NCBI GenBank assembly: GCA_017511715.1
Contig: JAFWJF010000008.1
Location: forward strand, 22,656-86,655
Direction of reading: 5' to 3'
Length of the DNA: 64,000 bases
DNA from: Alphaproteobacteria bacterium
Lineage (GTDB): Bacteria > Pseudomonadota > Alphaproteobacteria > Rs-D84
In this document: in pieces, positions 55,334-64,000 of the stretch
How positions within the stretch are numbered: the stretch's first letter is position 1
How the letters are laid out: every line of letters begins with the position of its first letter
The notes under the pieces: model-generated
What the model was told of the DNA's origin: nothing
Databases searched by the model: none
What the model saw: only the letters and a program-made list of their open reading frames with translations
Program-made: the position numbers and the translations under genes

Positions 55334-57748
55334 ATGGAAAAATTATTTGATTATTTTGCTGGAAATTTAGATTCTATGACGATGACTTTGGTTATAATAT
55401 CAATGTCTGTGATAGTTGTGTTTTTGATATTGTTGGCATATATCCCGACAATAACAAAAAAAGTTTTTCCAAAATTTGGGTATGCAAAATATTCTGATTA
55501 TTTGCCTTTTAATAATGTTTATAGTGATGACAGTTTATCTGTAGATGATGGTTCTTTGGTTCGTGTTTACAGAATAAAAGGTATACAGACCAGTATGATG
55601 AGCGATGAAAATCGTGAAAAAATGCTAGATTTAAGGGCTCAATTATTCAACCAAATAGAAGACCCAGATGTTTATCTTCGATTTTTCACAATTCGTGATT
55701 TCATAGACCAGAAAACAGATTATGAATTTGATCAGCCTGTTTTACAGAAAATATATGATAAGTGGAATAATCAAGGGTTGAAAATCTATTCTAATAATTA
55801 TTATGTTGTTGTGTCTGTCCATGGTCAAAATAATCGTGAAAAGTTAAATCAATGTTGTAATTATATTGAATCAATGTTGGCTGCATATAAACCGACACTG
55901 TTAAGAAATAACACTACAGATAACATGGCAACATTTTTTGGTCGTATTTTATCGCCTGTATCAAAACCAGTGATAAAAAAATGTGATGAAAATATTTCAA
56001 GACTGGTAAGTGTTGATAATGTTGAATTCTTGAAAAATGGTGTTATTGCATATACCAGTGGTGATAAAACTTATTATGCTGCTGCACTTTCTTTCAAAAT
56101 ATCGCCTGATTATATGGATGAAGAATTTTTTGATGCTGTTGCAACAATTCAGTGTGAAATGATAAATATGAATGCTCTGCATATTCTGCAATCAAGTGAT
56201 ATAGAAGTTTTAATGCGTCAACATCGTTCAACAATCACTGATGAAACAGAAGAATCTACATTAGAACAAATAAGTGAAGCACAATCTTCGATGGATGAAA
56301 ATAAAACTGGAAATCAGACATTGGTTGATTATTATCCGTTGTTTATGTTGTTTGCATCAAATATGGAAGAATTAGACGAATATGTTGATGAATTTAAGAA
56401 AATAGCCGCATCTTTTGGTATATCACCGGTTGTTGAAAATTTTGCATCCAAAGTTTCATTTTTTGCACAATTACCGGGGTTTGATGTGTTCCCAAGAACA
56501 TTTAAGATGTTATCAAAAACAGCGGCGACAAGTATTCCTTTGTCATCTATGCCAACAGGTGTTGAAAACAGTGATTGGGGTCCGGGACCGTTGGTTGTTT
56601 TCCCAACAGCCCAAGGAACACCATATCAATTTCAATTTCATGTTTCTGATAAACCAGCAGCGGTTGGACACACTCTTACTATTGGTCCAACTGGTGGTGG
56701 TAAGACAACTTTGTTCTCGTTTCTTATTTCTCAATCATTACGTCATCAAAAATTGAAAGCATTTTTCTTTGACAGAAACAAAGGCGCAGAAATATTTACA
56801 TTGGCAGTTGGTGGTAAATATATCACGATGAATAGTAAAGAAAAAGATGCGGATAAAGATGCCTTTTTAACACACTTGAACCCATTAAAAATGCCGGATA
56901 GCAGCAGTAATCGTGCGTTTTTACGTCGTTGGTTTTCAATGATAACTAATGTTAATGATGCGGAATCAATGGACGAAATTGCACGTGCTGTATCTGTTAA
57001 TTTTGATTATTTACAAGATAAAGACAGATTATTGAAAAATCTTTATGAAAGTTGTTTTTCATCCAGTGGTAAAATGCGTCAGGAATTGAAAAAATGGATA
57101 GACCCATTGCAATATGGTGATATATTTAATGAAGAAAGTGATACTCTTGATTTAGGTGCACGTTTAACAACATTTGATTTTACTGAAATATTGCAAGATG
57201 AAGTTTTAGCACCTGCGGTAATATCTTATATTTTGCATCGTATTAATAATGTGACTGTATCTGGTGGAAATCCTTCGCTTATCATGATTGATGAAACTGC
57301 GCCAATGTTAGAAAATAAAATGTTCCGTGATAATTTTATTGCAGGACTTCAAGAAGGTCGTAAAAATCGTCAGGCGTATATGGTGGCATTCCAACGCGCA
57401 AATGTTCTTGATAAACTTGGGATAGGTGATGTTGTTCGTGGTCAGGCACAAACAGTATTATTCTTCCGTAACCCAGCAGCAGATGTAAGCGATTATGAAA
57501 AATGGAATCTGAACCCACTTGAAATGGCATTTATCAAGGGTCAGGCATATCCAAACCTTAAACGTGCGGTATTGTTATCAAGACCTGTTAATGGGGAATC
57601 TGTGATTCTTAATACTGAATTAGGTGGTTTGGGTAATATGTTGAAATTGTTCGAATCTGGTCGTTCATCTGTTTTACTGGCAGAAGAGTTATATAAAACA
57701 TATGGAAATAATTTTGTTGCAGAATATCTAAAAAAGCAAACAATATAG
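55334..57748 (+). CDS. virB4: Type IV secretion system ATPase VirB4
   Basis: 804 aa. Walker A IGPTGGGKTT, Walker B-like LIMIDETAPML, N-terminal TM segment; it follows virB3. Confidence 0.9.
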   Translation: MEKLFDYFAGNLDSMTMTLVIISMSVIVVFLILLAYIPTITKKVFPKFGYAKYSDYLPFNNVYSDDSLSVDDGSLVRVYRIKGIQTSMMSDENREKMLDLRAQLFNQIEDPDVYLRFFTIRDFIDQKTDYEFDQPVLQKIYDKWNNQGLKIYSNNYYVVVSVHGQNNREKLNQCCNYIESMLAAYKPTLLRNNTTDNMATFFGRILSPVSKPVIKKCDENISRLVSVDNVEFLKNGVIAYTSGDKTYYAAALSFKISPDYMDEEFFDAVATIQCEMINMNALHILQSSDIEVLMRQHRSTITDETEESTLEQISEAQSSMDENKTGNQTLVDYYPLFMLFASNMEELDEYVDEFKKIAASFGISPVVENFASKVSFFAQLPGFDVFPRTFKMLSKTAATSIPLSSMPTGVENSDWGPGPLVVFPTAQGTPYQFQFHVSDKPAAVGHTLTIGPTGGGKTTLFSFLISQSLRHQKLKAFFFDRNKGAEIFTLAVGGKYITMNSKEKDADKDAFLTHLNPLKMPDSSSNRAFLRRWFSMITNVNDAESMDEIARAVSVNFDYLQDKDRLLKNLYESCFSSSGKMRQELKKWIDPLQYGDIFNEESDTLDLGARLTTFDFTEILQDEVLAPAVISYILHRINNVTVSGGNPSLIMIDETAPMLENKMFRDNFIAGLQEGRKNRQAYMVAFQRANVLDKLGIGDVVRGQAQTVLFFRNPAADVSDYEKWNLNPLEMAFIKGQAYPNLKRAVLLSRPVNGESVILNTELGGLGNMLKLFESGRSSVLLAEELYKTYGNNFVAEYLKKQTI

Positions 57749-57751
57749 TAT

Positions 57752-58390
57752 ATGTTTAAGAATATAATCTTTTTATCAGTATTGTTTTTACCAAATGTTT
57801 TATTTGCGTATGATTGTTCGCGATATCAATATGATGTTGATATAGATATAAAATTTAATATAAAAGATATTGAAACAAAAAAATCAGATGAAGAATTGGT
57901 TGGAAAGTTAGGTTATACAGAACCAATAATATCATATACTGCGATGGCAAGTACTGTGATAATACCTGTACACGGTGGATTTTGTGTGTCTTTGCGTGGC
58001 ATAGATATAGAAATAAATGAAGATTTTAATGTTATTATTGATAAAAGATTGAAAGAAAATTCTTGTGCTTATGACATAGTGTTTAGACACGAACAAGACC
58101 ATGTTGATGTTTATAAAACTGTTATAAAAGACAGTTTAGATGAAATACAAAAATCAATTAAAAAAGGTGCAAAAAGTCTGAAACCTGTGTTTATAAAAAG
58201 CGACAAAGAAATACCTGATTTTTCTGAAAAGATTAACAACAGCGATTTTGTCGCTGAAATAAAAGAAAAAATTAAAGAAAAACTTAAAACAGAAAATGAA
58301 AAGATAGATGAACGTGGCGACAGTTTTTATATCTGGAAATGTGATGATTTTTATAAAGAAATGAAAAATTCTGGTATAGTAATAGACTAA
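57752..58390 (+). CDS. Secreted HExxH protein, paralog A (putative Zn-metallopeptidase, DUF922-like)
   Basis: Signal peptide MFKNIIFLSVLFLPNVLFA. HEQDH at nt 58088-58102. Four Cys are conserved with paralog B. It starts 3 nt after the virB4 stop. Confidence 0.55.
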   Translation: MFKNIIFLSVLFLPNVLFAYDCSRYQYDVDIDIKFNIKDIETKKSDEELVGKLGYTEPIISYTAMASTVIIPVHGGFCVSLRGIDIEINEDFNVIIDKRLKENSCAYDIVFRHEQDHVDVYKTVIKDSLDEIQKSIKKGAKSLKPVFIKSDKEIPDFSEKINNSDFVAEIKEKIKEKLKTENEKIDERGDSFYIWKCDDFYKEMKNSGIVID

Positions 58391-58391
58391 T

Positions 58392-59006
58392 ATGAAGCGT
58401 ATTATTTTTGTGTTTTTATCGTTTTTTATTTCTGGTGCATTTGCATCAGATGATTGTATTGATTATAAATTAACACCAAATATCACAATAAAATCGCCAG
58501 TTTGGACAAAAAGCGTTGTTCAACCATTAAAAAAAATGGATGTTTTACACGGAAATGTTGCTGCGACACTGATTGATGAGTTTGAGATAACAGCAGATAT
58601 TACTTCCATAGAAGACGGTTTTTGTGTTGCACTTAAAAATGTAGATGCAACGATAGGATATTCAGATTTTTTGGTACAAATAGATATATCACACAAACCA
58701 AACACGTGTTCTTATAATGCAATTTTACAGCATGAAGATGAACATATTCGGGCCTATTTATCAGTCATAGAAGACAATAAAGACTTATTCGCAAAATCTA
58801 TAAAAAATGCGGCAGATTCAATAGTTCCTGTATTTATCAAAAACGAAAAAGATATAGAATCTGCAATTGATAAATTAAATAATGAATTACAAAACCACCC
58901 AGATATTGTATTACTTAAACAGCAAATTCGTACAGACGAAGAAATTCGTAATAAATATGTGGATATTAATGATACCGGGGAAACACTGAAAAGGTGTTTT
59001 GATTAA
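58392..59006 (+). CDS. Secreted HExxH protein, paralog B
   Basis: Signal peptide MKRIIFVFLSFFISGAFA. HEDEH at nt 58731-58745. It shares GFCV, N(S/T)C.Y, KSIK and PVFIK blocks with paralog A and starts 1 nt after the paralog A stop. Confidence 0.55.
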   Translation: MKRIIFVFLSFFISGAFASDDCIDYKLTPNITIKSPVWTKSVVQPLKKMDVLHGNVAATLIDEFEITADITSIEDGFCVALKNVDATIGYSDFLVQIDISHKPNTCSYNAILQHEDEHIRAYLSVIEDNKDLFAKSIKNAADSIVPVFIKNEKDIESAIDKLNNELQNHPDIVLLKQQIRTDEEIRNKYVDINDTGETLKRCFD

Positions 59007-59015
59007 ACAGGTTGC

Positions 59016-59044
59016 TTGATTTTTCGGGAATTTATTAGTATAGT
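59016..59044 (+). promoter_or_regulatory. Candidate sigma70 promoter of the glycosyltransferase cluster
   Basis: TTGATT, 17-nt spacer, TATAGT, ending 42 nt before the first GT2 ATG. Confidence 0.45.
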
Positions 59045-59086
59045 GCGCATAAAATATATAGTATGTTTATATAAAAGGACTTTTTT

Positions 59087-59941
59087 ATGCCACGCGTATC
59101 TGTTTTAACACCTATTTATAATACAAAACCACAATATTTGCGCGAATGTATAGAAAGCATACTTAACCAAACTTTCAAGGACTTTGAGTTTTTAATTCTT
59201 AATGATAGTCCAGATAATAAAGAAATTGAAAAAATAGTTAAAGATTATGCTTACAAAGATAAACGCATAAAATATTACAAAAATGATAAAAATATAGGAA
59301 TCGCTAAATCTAGAAATAAACTGTTAGATTTGGCATCTGGTGAATATATCGCTGTTTTTGACCATGATGATATTTCATTGCCAACGCGTTTAGAACAAGA
59401 AGTAAAAATATTAGATGAAAACCCAAAAATTGGGGCGGTGAGTGGTTTTTTAAGGCTTTTTGATTGTAAAAAAACAGGTTCGTTGCATACATGTCCGGAA
59501 CATGATTTTGAAATAAAATGTACTATGACATCAGGATGTTGGTTTCCGCATACTGCATCCATGCTTCGTAAATCTGTATTAGATGAAAACAATATAAGAT
59601 ATGAAGAATATTTTACACCCTGTGAAGATTACCAATTATGGAATCGTTTAATGGATGTGACTAAATTTTATTGTATTCAATCTGTATTGGTTGATTACCG
59701 CAATTTTGACGGTAACACAACACACAAAACAAAAAATCAGATGGATATGTTGCATACTGTGATAAAAGCAGATATTTCAGGGCGGTATCCAGAATATGCA
59801 ACATGGTTCAAAAGATATACAGACAATGCTGGAACTTTATTTCGCTTGCGTTTATTCGAATTTATCCCATTGTTAAAAATCAAAAATAATAAAATTTATT
59901 TATTTGAGTTTATACCAGTAATTAAAATAAGGTGGAAATAA
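59087..59941 (+). CDS. Family 2 glycosyltransferase
   Basis: VSVLTPIYNTKPQYLRECIESILNQTFKDFEFLILNDSPDN and DHDDIS (DxD). Confidence 0.85.
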   Translation: MPRVSVLTPIYNTKPQYLRECIESILNQTFKDFEFLILNDSPDNKEIEKIVKDYAYKDKRIKYYKNDKNIGIAKSRNKLLDLASGEYIAVFDHDDISLPTRLEQEVKILDENPKIGAVSGFLRLFDCKKTGSLHTCPEHDFEIKCTMTSGCWFPHTASMLRKSVLDENNIRYEEYFTPCEDYQLWNRLMDVTKFYCIQSVLVDYRNFDGNTTHKTKNQMDMLHTVIKADISGRYPEYATWFKRYTDNAGTLFRLRLFEFIPLLKIKNNKIYLFEFIPVIKIRWK

Positions 59942-60846
59942 TGCCAAAGGCACTTGTTGTAATTCATTTTTATTATGCTGAACAAGTAGATACAATATTA
60001 AATTTGTTGAAAAACATATCTGTTGAATATGATTTATATTGTTCGATAAGTAATAAAGATAAATATGAATATATTAAACAAAAAGTATTAAATTATAAAC
60101 CAAATGCCCATATAGTTAATGTGGCAAATGTTGGTTATGATGTTTGGCCATTCTGTTATGTAATAAATAATGTAAATTTAGCAGACTATGATTACATAAT
60201 AAAATTACATACAAAGCGTGATACACCAGGTGATTTACCGACTCCTTTGGGAAATGGTTATTTTGTTGGACCTGGATGCAGATGGCGTGAAAATTTATAC
60301 GCTTTTATTGCAAGCAAAGAAAACTTTAATAAATGTTTAGATGCATTGAAAAATCCAAAAATTGGTATGTGTGCAAGATTTAATCTGATTCATGGTATGG
60401 CAAATCATTGTGGTGTAATTAGTGCAGCAAAGAAAAAGTATCCCAAATATATTCTTAAATTACGTGATTTTAGTTTTGTTGCAGGAACAATGTTTATTGC
60501 CAAGGCTGCGCCTTTCCAAATTTTGAAAGATATGCAAATAAGTGAACAATTATTTGAAAAACCAAACCAGAAACACGATATGCAATTTGCACATGTTATT
60601 GAAAGAACTATTGGTGAAATTATTTATAAATCTGGTATGAAAATTGTTGATCCTTTTACTCCGAAAAAATATGTTAAAGAAGTAAGAAAACAAGAAAAAA
60701 AATTAGTTTTTCTAAAACGGGCAATAAATTATCTGGTTTTTCTTATACCTGTTCCATATATAAGACGAAAATCGCGTATATTTCTTATGGATAAATTTTT
60801 TATACCACATGTTCATATTGTTATAGATACAGACAAAAGGTTTTAA
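59932..60846 (+). CDS. RgpF-like (rhamnan synthesis protein F family) polysaccharide biosynthesis protein
   Basis: LVVIHFYYAEQVDTILNLLKNI..YDLYCSI, NVGYDVWPF and IIKLHTKRD resemble RgpF family blocks as I recall them. Confidence 0.55.
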   Translation: MEIMPKALVVIHFYYAEQVDTILNLLKNISVEYDLYCSISNKDKYEYIKQKVLNYKPNAHIVNVANVGYDVWPFCYVINNVNLADYDYIIKLHTKRDTPGDLPTPLGNGYFVGPGCRWRENLYAFIASKENFNKCLDALKNPKIGMCARFNLIHGMANHCGVISAAKKKYPKYILKLRDFSFVAGTMFIAKAAPFQILKDMQISEQLFEKPNQKHDMQFAHVIERTIGEIIYKSGMKIVDPFTPKKYVKEVRKQEKKLVFLKRAINYLVFLIPVPYIRRKSRIFLMDKFFIPHVHIVIDTDKRF

Positions 60847-60847
60847 T

Positions 60848-61789
60848 ATGCCAAAAGTTAGTGTAATTATACCTGTTTATAATACGGAAAAATATCTCTC
60901 TAGGTGTTTGGATAGTATTGTAAATCAAACATACAAAGATTTAGAGATAATTTGTATAAATGATGGCAGTACAGATGATTCGCTAAAAATATTGAAAGAA
61001 TATGCCAAAAAAGACAAACGCATAAAGATTATAACACAAAAGAACCAAGGTCTTTCTGTGACACGTAATGTTGGTTTGGAAAATATTACTGGTCAATATA
61101 TAAGTTTTATAGATTCTGATGATTATGTTGATTTAGATTATTATGAATGTTTAGTAAATTTAATGGAAAAAAACAATGCAGATGTTGTAATGTGCGGGAT
61201 GAGAATTGTCGATAATGATGTTGTATCAAAAAACACAACACCGAATATGACGACAAATAATTTTATCAAAAAAATACAAAACCTTCCAAATGGTAGCACC
61301 TGCGATAAATTGTTCAAGGCAGATTTGTTTAAGAATCTAACGTTTCCTGTGGGAAAATATTATGAAGATAATATTGTTTTGTTGAAAACGATGTTTTATT
61401 CTGATGTGGTGGTATTTACTAACAAGGTATCATACTATTATTTTATGAATTATTCTGGAATATGTCGAACAACAGATGAAAATATTATAAAAAGACGAAA
61501 AGAAGACAGATTGTATGCAGCTAAAATAATGATGAGTTTTGCAAAAGAACACGGTTTTGACAAATCAAAACAAGTAAAAGATTTTATAGTCAGAACCGTT
61601 GCAAGTGATTTTATCACAGAAGAATCTCCTTATTATAGAGAAATTAAAAATATCTTAGGAAAACGATATGTATTAAAGCACAATGGAAAAAATTTAACTG
61701 CGAAAATAAAAAAATTTTTACTCAGAATTTTGTGTTTGTTTATTCCGGTAAGAACTTGGCGACATAAAATAAAAGATTTTTTCAACTAA
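60848..61789 (+). CDS. Family 2 glycosyltransferase
   Basis: VSVIIPVYNTEKYLSRCLDSIVNQTYKDLEIICINDGSTD and DSDDYV. Confidence 0.85.
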   Translation: MPKVSVIIPVYNTEKYLSRCLDSIVNQTYKDLEIICINDGSTDDSLKILKEYAKKDKRIKIITQKNQGLSVTRNVGLENITGQYISFIDSDDYVDLDYYECLVNLMEKNNADVVMCGMRIVDNDVVSKNTTPNMTTNNFIKKIQNLPNGSTCDKLFKADLFKNLTFPVGKYYEDNIVLLKTMFYSDVVVFTNKVSYYYFMNYSGICRTTDENIIKRRKEDRLYAAKIMMSFAKEHGFDKSKQVKDFIVRTVASDFITEESPYYREIKNILGKRYVLKHNGKNLTAKIKKFLLRILCLFIPVRTWRHKIKDFFN

Positions 61790-61801
61790 AAAGGATGTGT
61801 T

Positions 61802-62641
61802 ATGAAAAAAACACCACGTATTTCAGTTATAATGCCGGCATATAATTCTGAAAAATATATTGGCGAAGCCATTGAATCTATATTAAATCAAACATTCAAA
61901 GATTTCGAATTGATTATTATTAACGATGGCTCAACAGACAATACTGCAAAAATAGTTAAAGAATATGCAAAAAAAGACAAAAGAATTAATTTTGTAGATA
62001 ATAAAAAAAATCAAGGATTGATTTCAGTATTAAATCAAGGTATTGATTTGTGTCGTGGGGAATATATTGCGCGTATGGACAGTGATGATATATCTTTGCC
62101 AACACGGTTTGCAAAACAAATTGAATATATGGATGCGCATCATGAATGTGGTGTTTTGGGAACATGGTTTCAATGTTTTGGTAATTCTACCGCAAAGGTT
62201 CGACATCCAGAACGTATAAAAATATTAAACATATTGCATGATCAACATGTTGGGCATCCGACTGTTATGGTGCGAAAATCTGTTATGGACAATTATGGTT
62301 TTTATTATGATGCAAATTATAAACATGCCGAAGATTTTGAATTGTGGTCACGAATGGTTTTTGTCACAGAAATTCGTAATTTGCCAGAAATTTTATTAAA
62401 ATATAGGTGGGGCAATACAAATGTCAGTGTATTGCACGCAACAGAACAACTTGATGCAGCAAATCATGTTAAACAAAATATTTTGGATAAACTAACAGAT
62501 GATTCTGTTAAACAACAAATGATTTTAAATGAAAATAAACCTGGATTTTTATTGCCAAAGTGGTTAGGTCGTATTTGTTGTTTGTTTATATTTAAACGCG
62601 AAAATCGTCATAATTTTCGCGATAGATATGTAAGGGATTAA
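61802..62641 (+). CDS. Family 2 glycosyltransferase (paralog of 59087..59941)
   Basis: ISVIMPAYNSEKYIGEAIESILNQTFKDFELIIINDGSTDN and DSDDISLPTRF. Confidence 0.85.
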   Translation: MKKTPRISVIMPAYNSEKYIGEAIESILNQTFKDFELIIINDGSTDNTAKIVKEYAKKDKRINFVDNKKNQGLISVLNQGIDLCRGEYIARMDSDDISLPTRFAKQIEYMDAHHECGVLGTWFQCFGNSTAKVRHPERIKILNILHDQHVGHPTVMVRKSVMDNYGFYYDANYKHAEDFELWSRMVFVTEIRNLPEILLKYRWGNTNVSVLHATEQLDAANHVKQNILDKLTDDSVKQQMILNENKPGFLLPKWLGRICCLFIFKRENRHNFRDRYVRD

Positions 62642-63532
62642 ATGATGAATTTTTTTAAGAAAATATATGATAAATTTTTTCCTGGTCAAGAAGCGATCAG
62701 TTTAGAACGAATAAATTTAGATGATTCGCAATTATTAAATTGTCTGCGTGAATTGGGTGAGTTTTCTTATATGCCGAACAGTGGTAATATTGGCGATATG
62801 TTGATTGCATCTGCGACATTACAATGGTTTGATGCAAACGGTATAAAGTATAAACGGACATCAGAAAACGAAACACCAAATATATTTGTTTATGGTGGCG
62901 GTGGCGCATGGACACGCGATTATATTCAATGGATGGGACCGTTGATGGACAAGATGAAACAAGCGAAAAAGGTTGTTATTTTACCATCGTCTTTTAATGA
63001 TGTGCCGGAATTTATAAAGATACTGGACGAACGTTTTATAGTCTTTTGTCGAGAAAAGAAATCATACGATTATCTGAAATCTCAAAAAACCAAGGCTACA
63101 ATATTATTGGATCACGATATGGCTTTGCGGCTAAGCTGTGTTCCAGATGGCAAAAAAATTCCGAAAAAATATAAAAAACAATACAAGAAAATGAACAAGG
63201 CATTGCAAAAATTACCTAAAACCGCAGATTTATTCAGAACAGATGTTGAATCACATGGGCATTATAAATCTGATTTTGATATTTCAGATGCGTTTGGGTG
63301 GTTTTCGCCATATGAAAAACGCGAAATAATAGATTTTGCCGCAAGAACTATGTTGAAAATGGTTAATAAATTCGATAAAGTCAAAACAGACAGATTGCAT
63401 GTTGGTATTGCATCAATGTTTGTTGGTGCAGATGTCGAATTATATGATAATTCATACGGCAAAATCAGCGGTGTTTATGAAAATTCACTTAGTAAATTGA
63501 AAAATGTTATCTTGAAATATAAAAAGGACTAA
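62642..63532 (+). CDS. Polysaccharide pyruvyl transferase family protein
   Basis: SGNIGDMLIASATLQWF near the N-terminus and C-terminal TDRLHVGIASMFVG are typical of PS_pyruv_trans (CsaB/WcaK-like). Confidence 0.6.
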   Translation: MMNFFKKIYDKFFPGQEAISLERINLDDSQLLNCLRELGEFSYMPNSGNIGDMLIASATLQWFDANGIKYKRTSENETPNIFVYGGGGAWTRDYIQWMGPLMDKMKQAKKVVILPSSFNDVPEFIKILDERFIVFCREKKSYDYLKSQKTKATILLDHDMALRLSCVPDGKKIPKKYKKQYKKMNKALQKLPKTADLFRTDVESHGHYKSDFDISDAFGWFSPYEKREIIDFAARTMLKMVNKFDKVKTDRLHVGIASMFVGADVELYDNSYGKISGVYENSLSKLKNVILKYKKD

Positions 63533-63535
63533 GAA

Positions 63536-64000
63536 ATGATCAAAAATAATAAGACTGATAAAATTGTAAAATTTTTAGATTGTTATATTCCTGTTAAAAC
63601 TTGTAATTTTAGATGCAATTATTGTTATATCACACAAAATAAATGGTGGGGTGAAAAATTACCAAAGTTCAAGTATTCCCCGGAACATATTGCAAAAGCT
63701 TTATCAAAAAAACGTATGGGTGGGACTTGTTTGGTCAATATGTGTGGCGGTGGCGAAACAATGTTACCACCAGAAATTGTTGATATCACACGTTGTTTGT
63801 TGGAAGAAGGTCATTATGTTATGATTGTGACAAACGGGACAATTTCTAAAAGGTTTGACGAGATATTGTCACTTGATAAAAATTTGTTGAAGCATTTGTT
63901 CTTTAAGTTCTCTTTTCAATATTTAGAATTAAAAAGAACAAATTTAATGAAAATATTTTTTGATAATGTTCGCAAGGTTAAAGAAAGCCCTGCATCATTT
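63536..64000 (+). CDS. Radical SAM enzyme, N-terminal part (runs off the right edge)
   Basis: Hand-translated open frame from the ATG at 63536. CNFRCNYC (CxxxCxxC) and the GGGE SAM-binding motif in NMCGGGETML. It is absent from the ORF track because no stop lies in the window. Confidence 0.7.
   Translation, partial: MIKNNKTDKIVKFLDCYIPVKTCNFRCNYCYITQNKWWGEKLPKFKYSPEHIAKALSKKRMGGTCLVNMCGGGETMLPPEIVDITRCLLEEGHYVMIVTNGTISKRFDEILSLDKNLLKHLFFKFSFQYLELKRTNLMKIFFDNVRKVKESPASF

Noticed and set aside
60695-62010. A8 homopolymer tracts inside the RgpF-like (60695-60702) and GT2 (62003-62010) genes as phase-variation switches
   Set aside because: A/T runs of 7-8 nt are frequent throughout this AT-rich window, including in housekeeping genes and spacers. 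There is no sign of a frameshifted copy, so the evidence is insufficient.

Overview
AT-rich bacterial chromosome segment, about 90 percent coding and mostly housekeeping genes. Several markers suggest a reduced, probably host-associated alphaproteobacterium (Rickettsiales/Holosporales-like): an alpha-type SspB, a eukaryote-like type-2 IleS, a Cys-less L36, gidB-parA-parB, and a virB3-virB4 type IV secretion fragment. This placement is inference, not a database result. I support about 60 CDS: lptD(partial)-surA-rlmN, pnp, gpsA, rsmG-parAB, pal, infC, xseB-mutS-truB-rpsO, a TolC/MacA/split-MacB efflux operon, recF-sspB, accBC, yidD-rnpA, mreB, metG, queH, fabDG, mnmG, nth-ileS, rpmI-rplT-pheST, mreCD-mrdA-rodA-topA-dnaG, ychF and rpmJ. 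There are four tRNAs (Val-TAC, Cys-GCA, Val-GAC, Thr-CGT), many intrinsic terminators and several sigma70-like promoters. I saw no CRISPR array, IS element, integrase or prophage. The items most worth follow-up are listed here. (1) virB3-virB4 is followed by two tandem secreted HExxH/four-Cys paralogs and preceded by six TGTTGAAA boxes. (2) Two tandem divergent TrpF-fold paralogs are translationally coupled to rlmN. (3) A scrambled tRNA-Val-derived unit carries a 58-bp exact duplication of the tRNA 3' end plus terminator. (4) A secreted S1 protease is paired with a Gly-zipper-like Cys-rich protein beside tRNA-Thr. (5) A visibly AT-richer surface-polysaccharide cluster holds three GT2s, an RgpF-like protein, a pyruvyl transferase and a radical SAM enzyme. 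(6) Intrinsic terminators or tRNAs repeatedly sit immediately upstream of start codons (metG, pheS, ybaB, recF). All functional calls come from motif recognition by eye; no searches were run.
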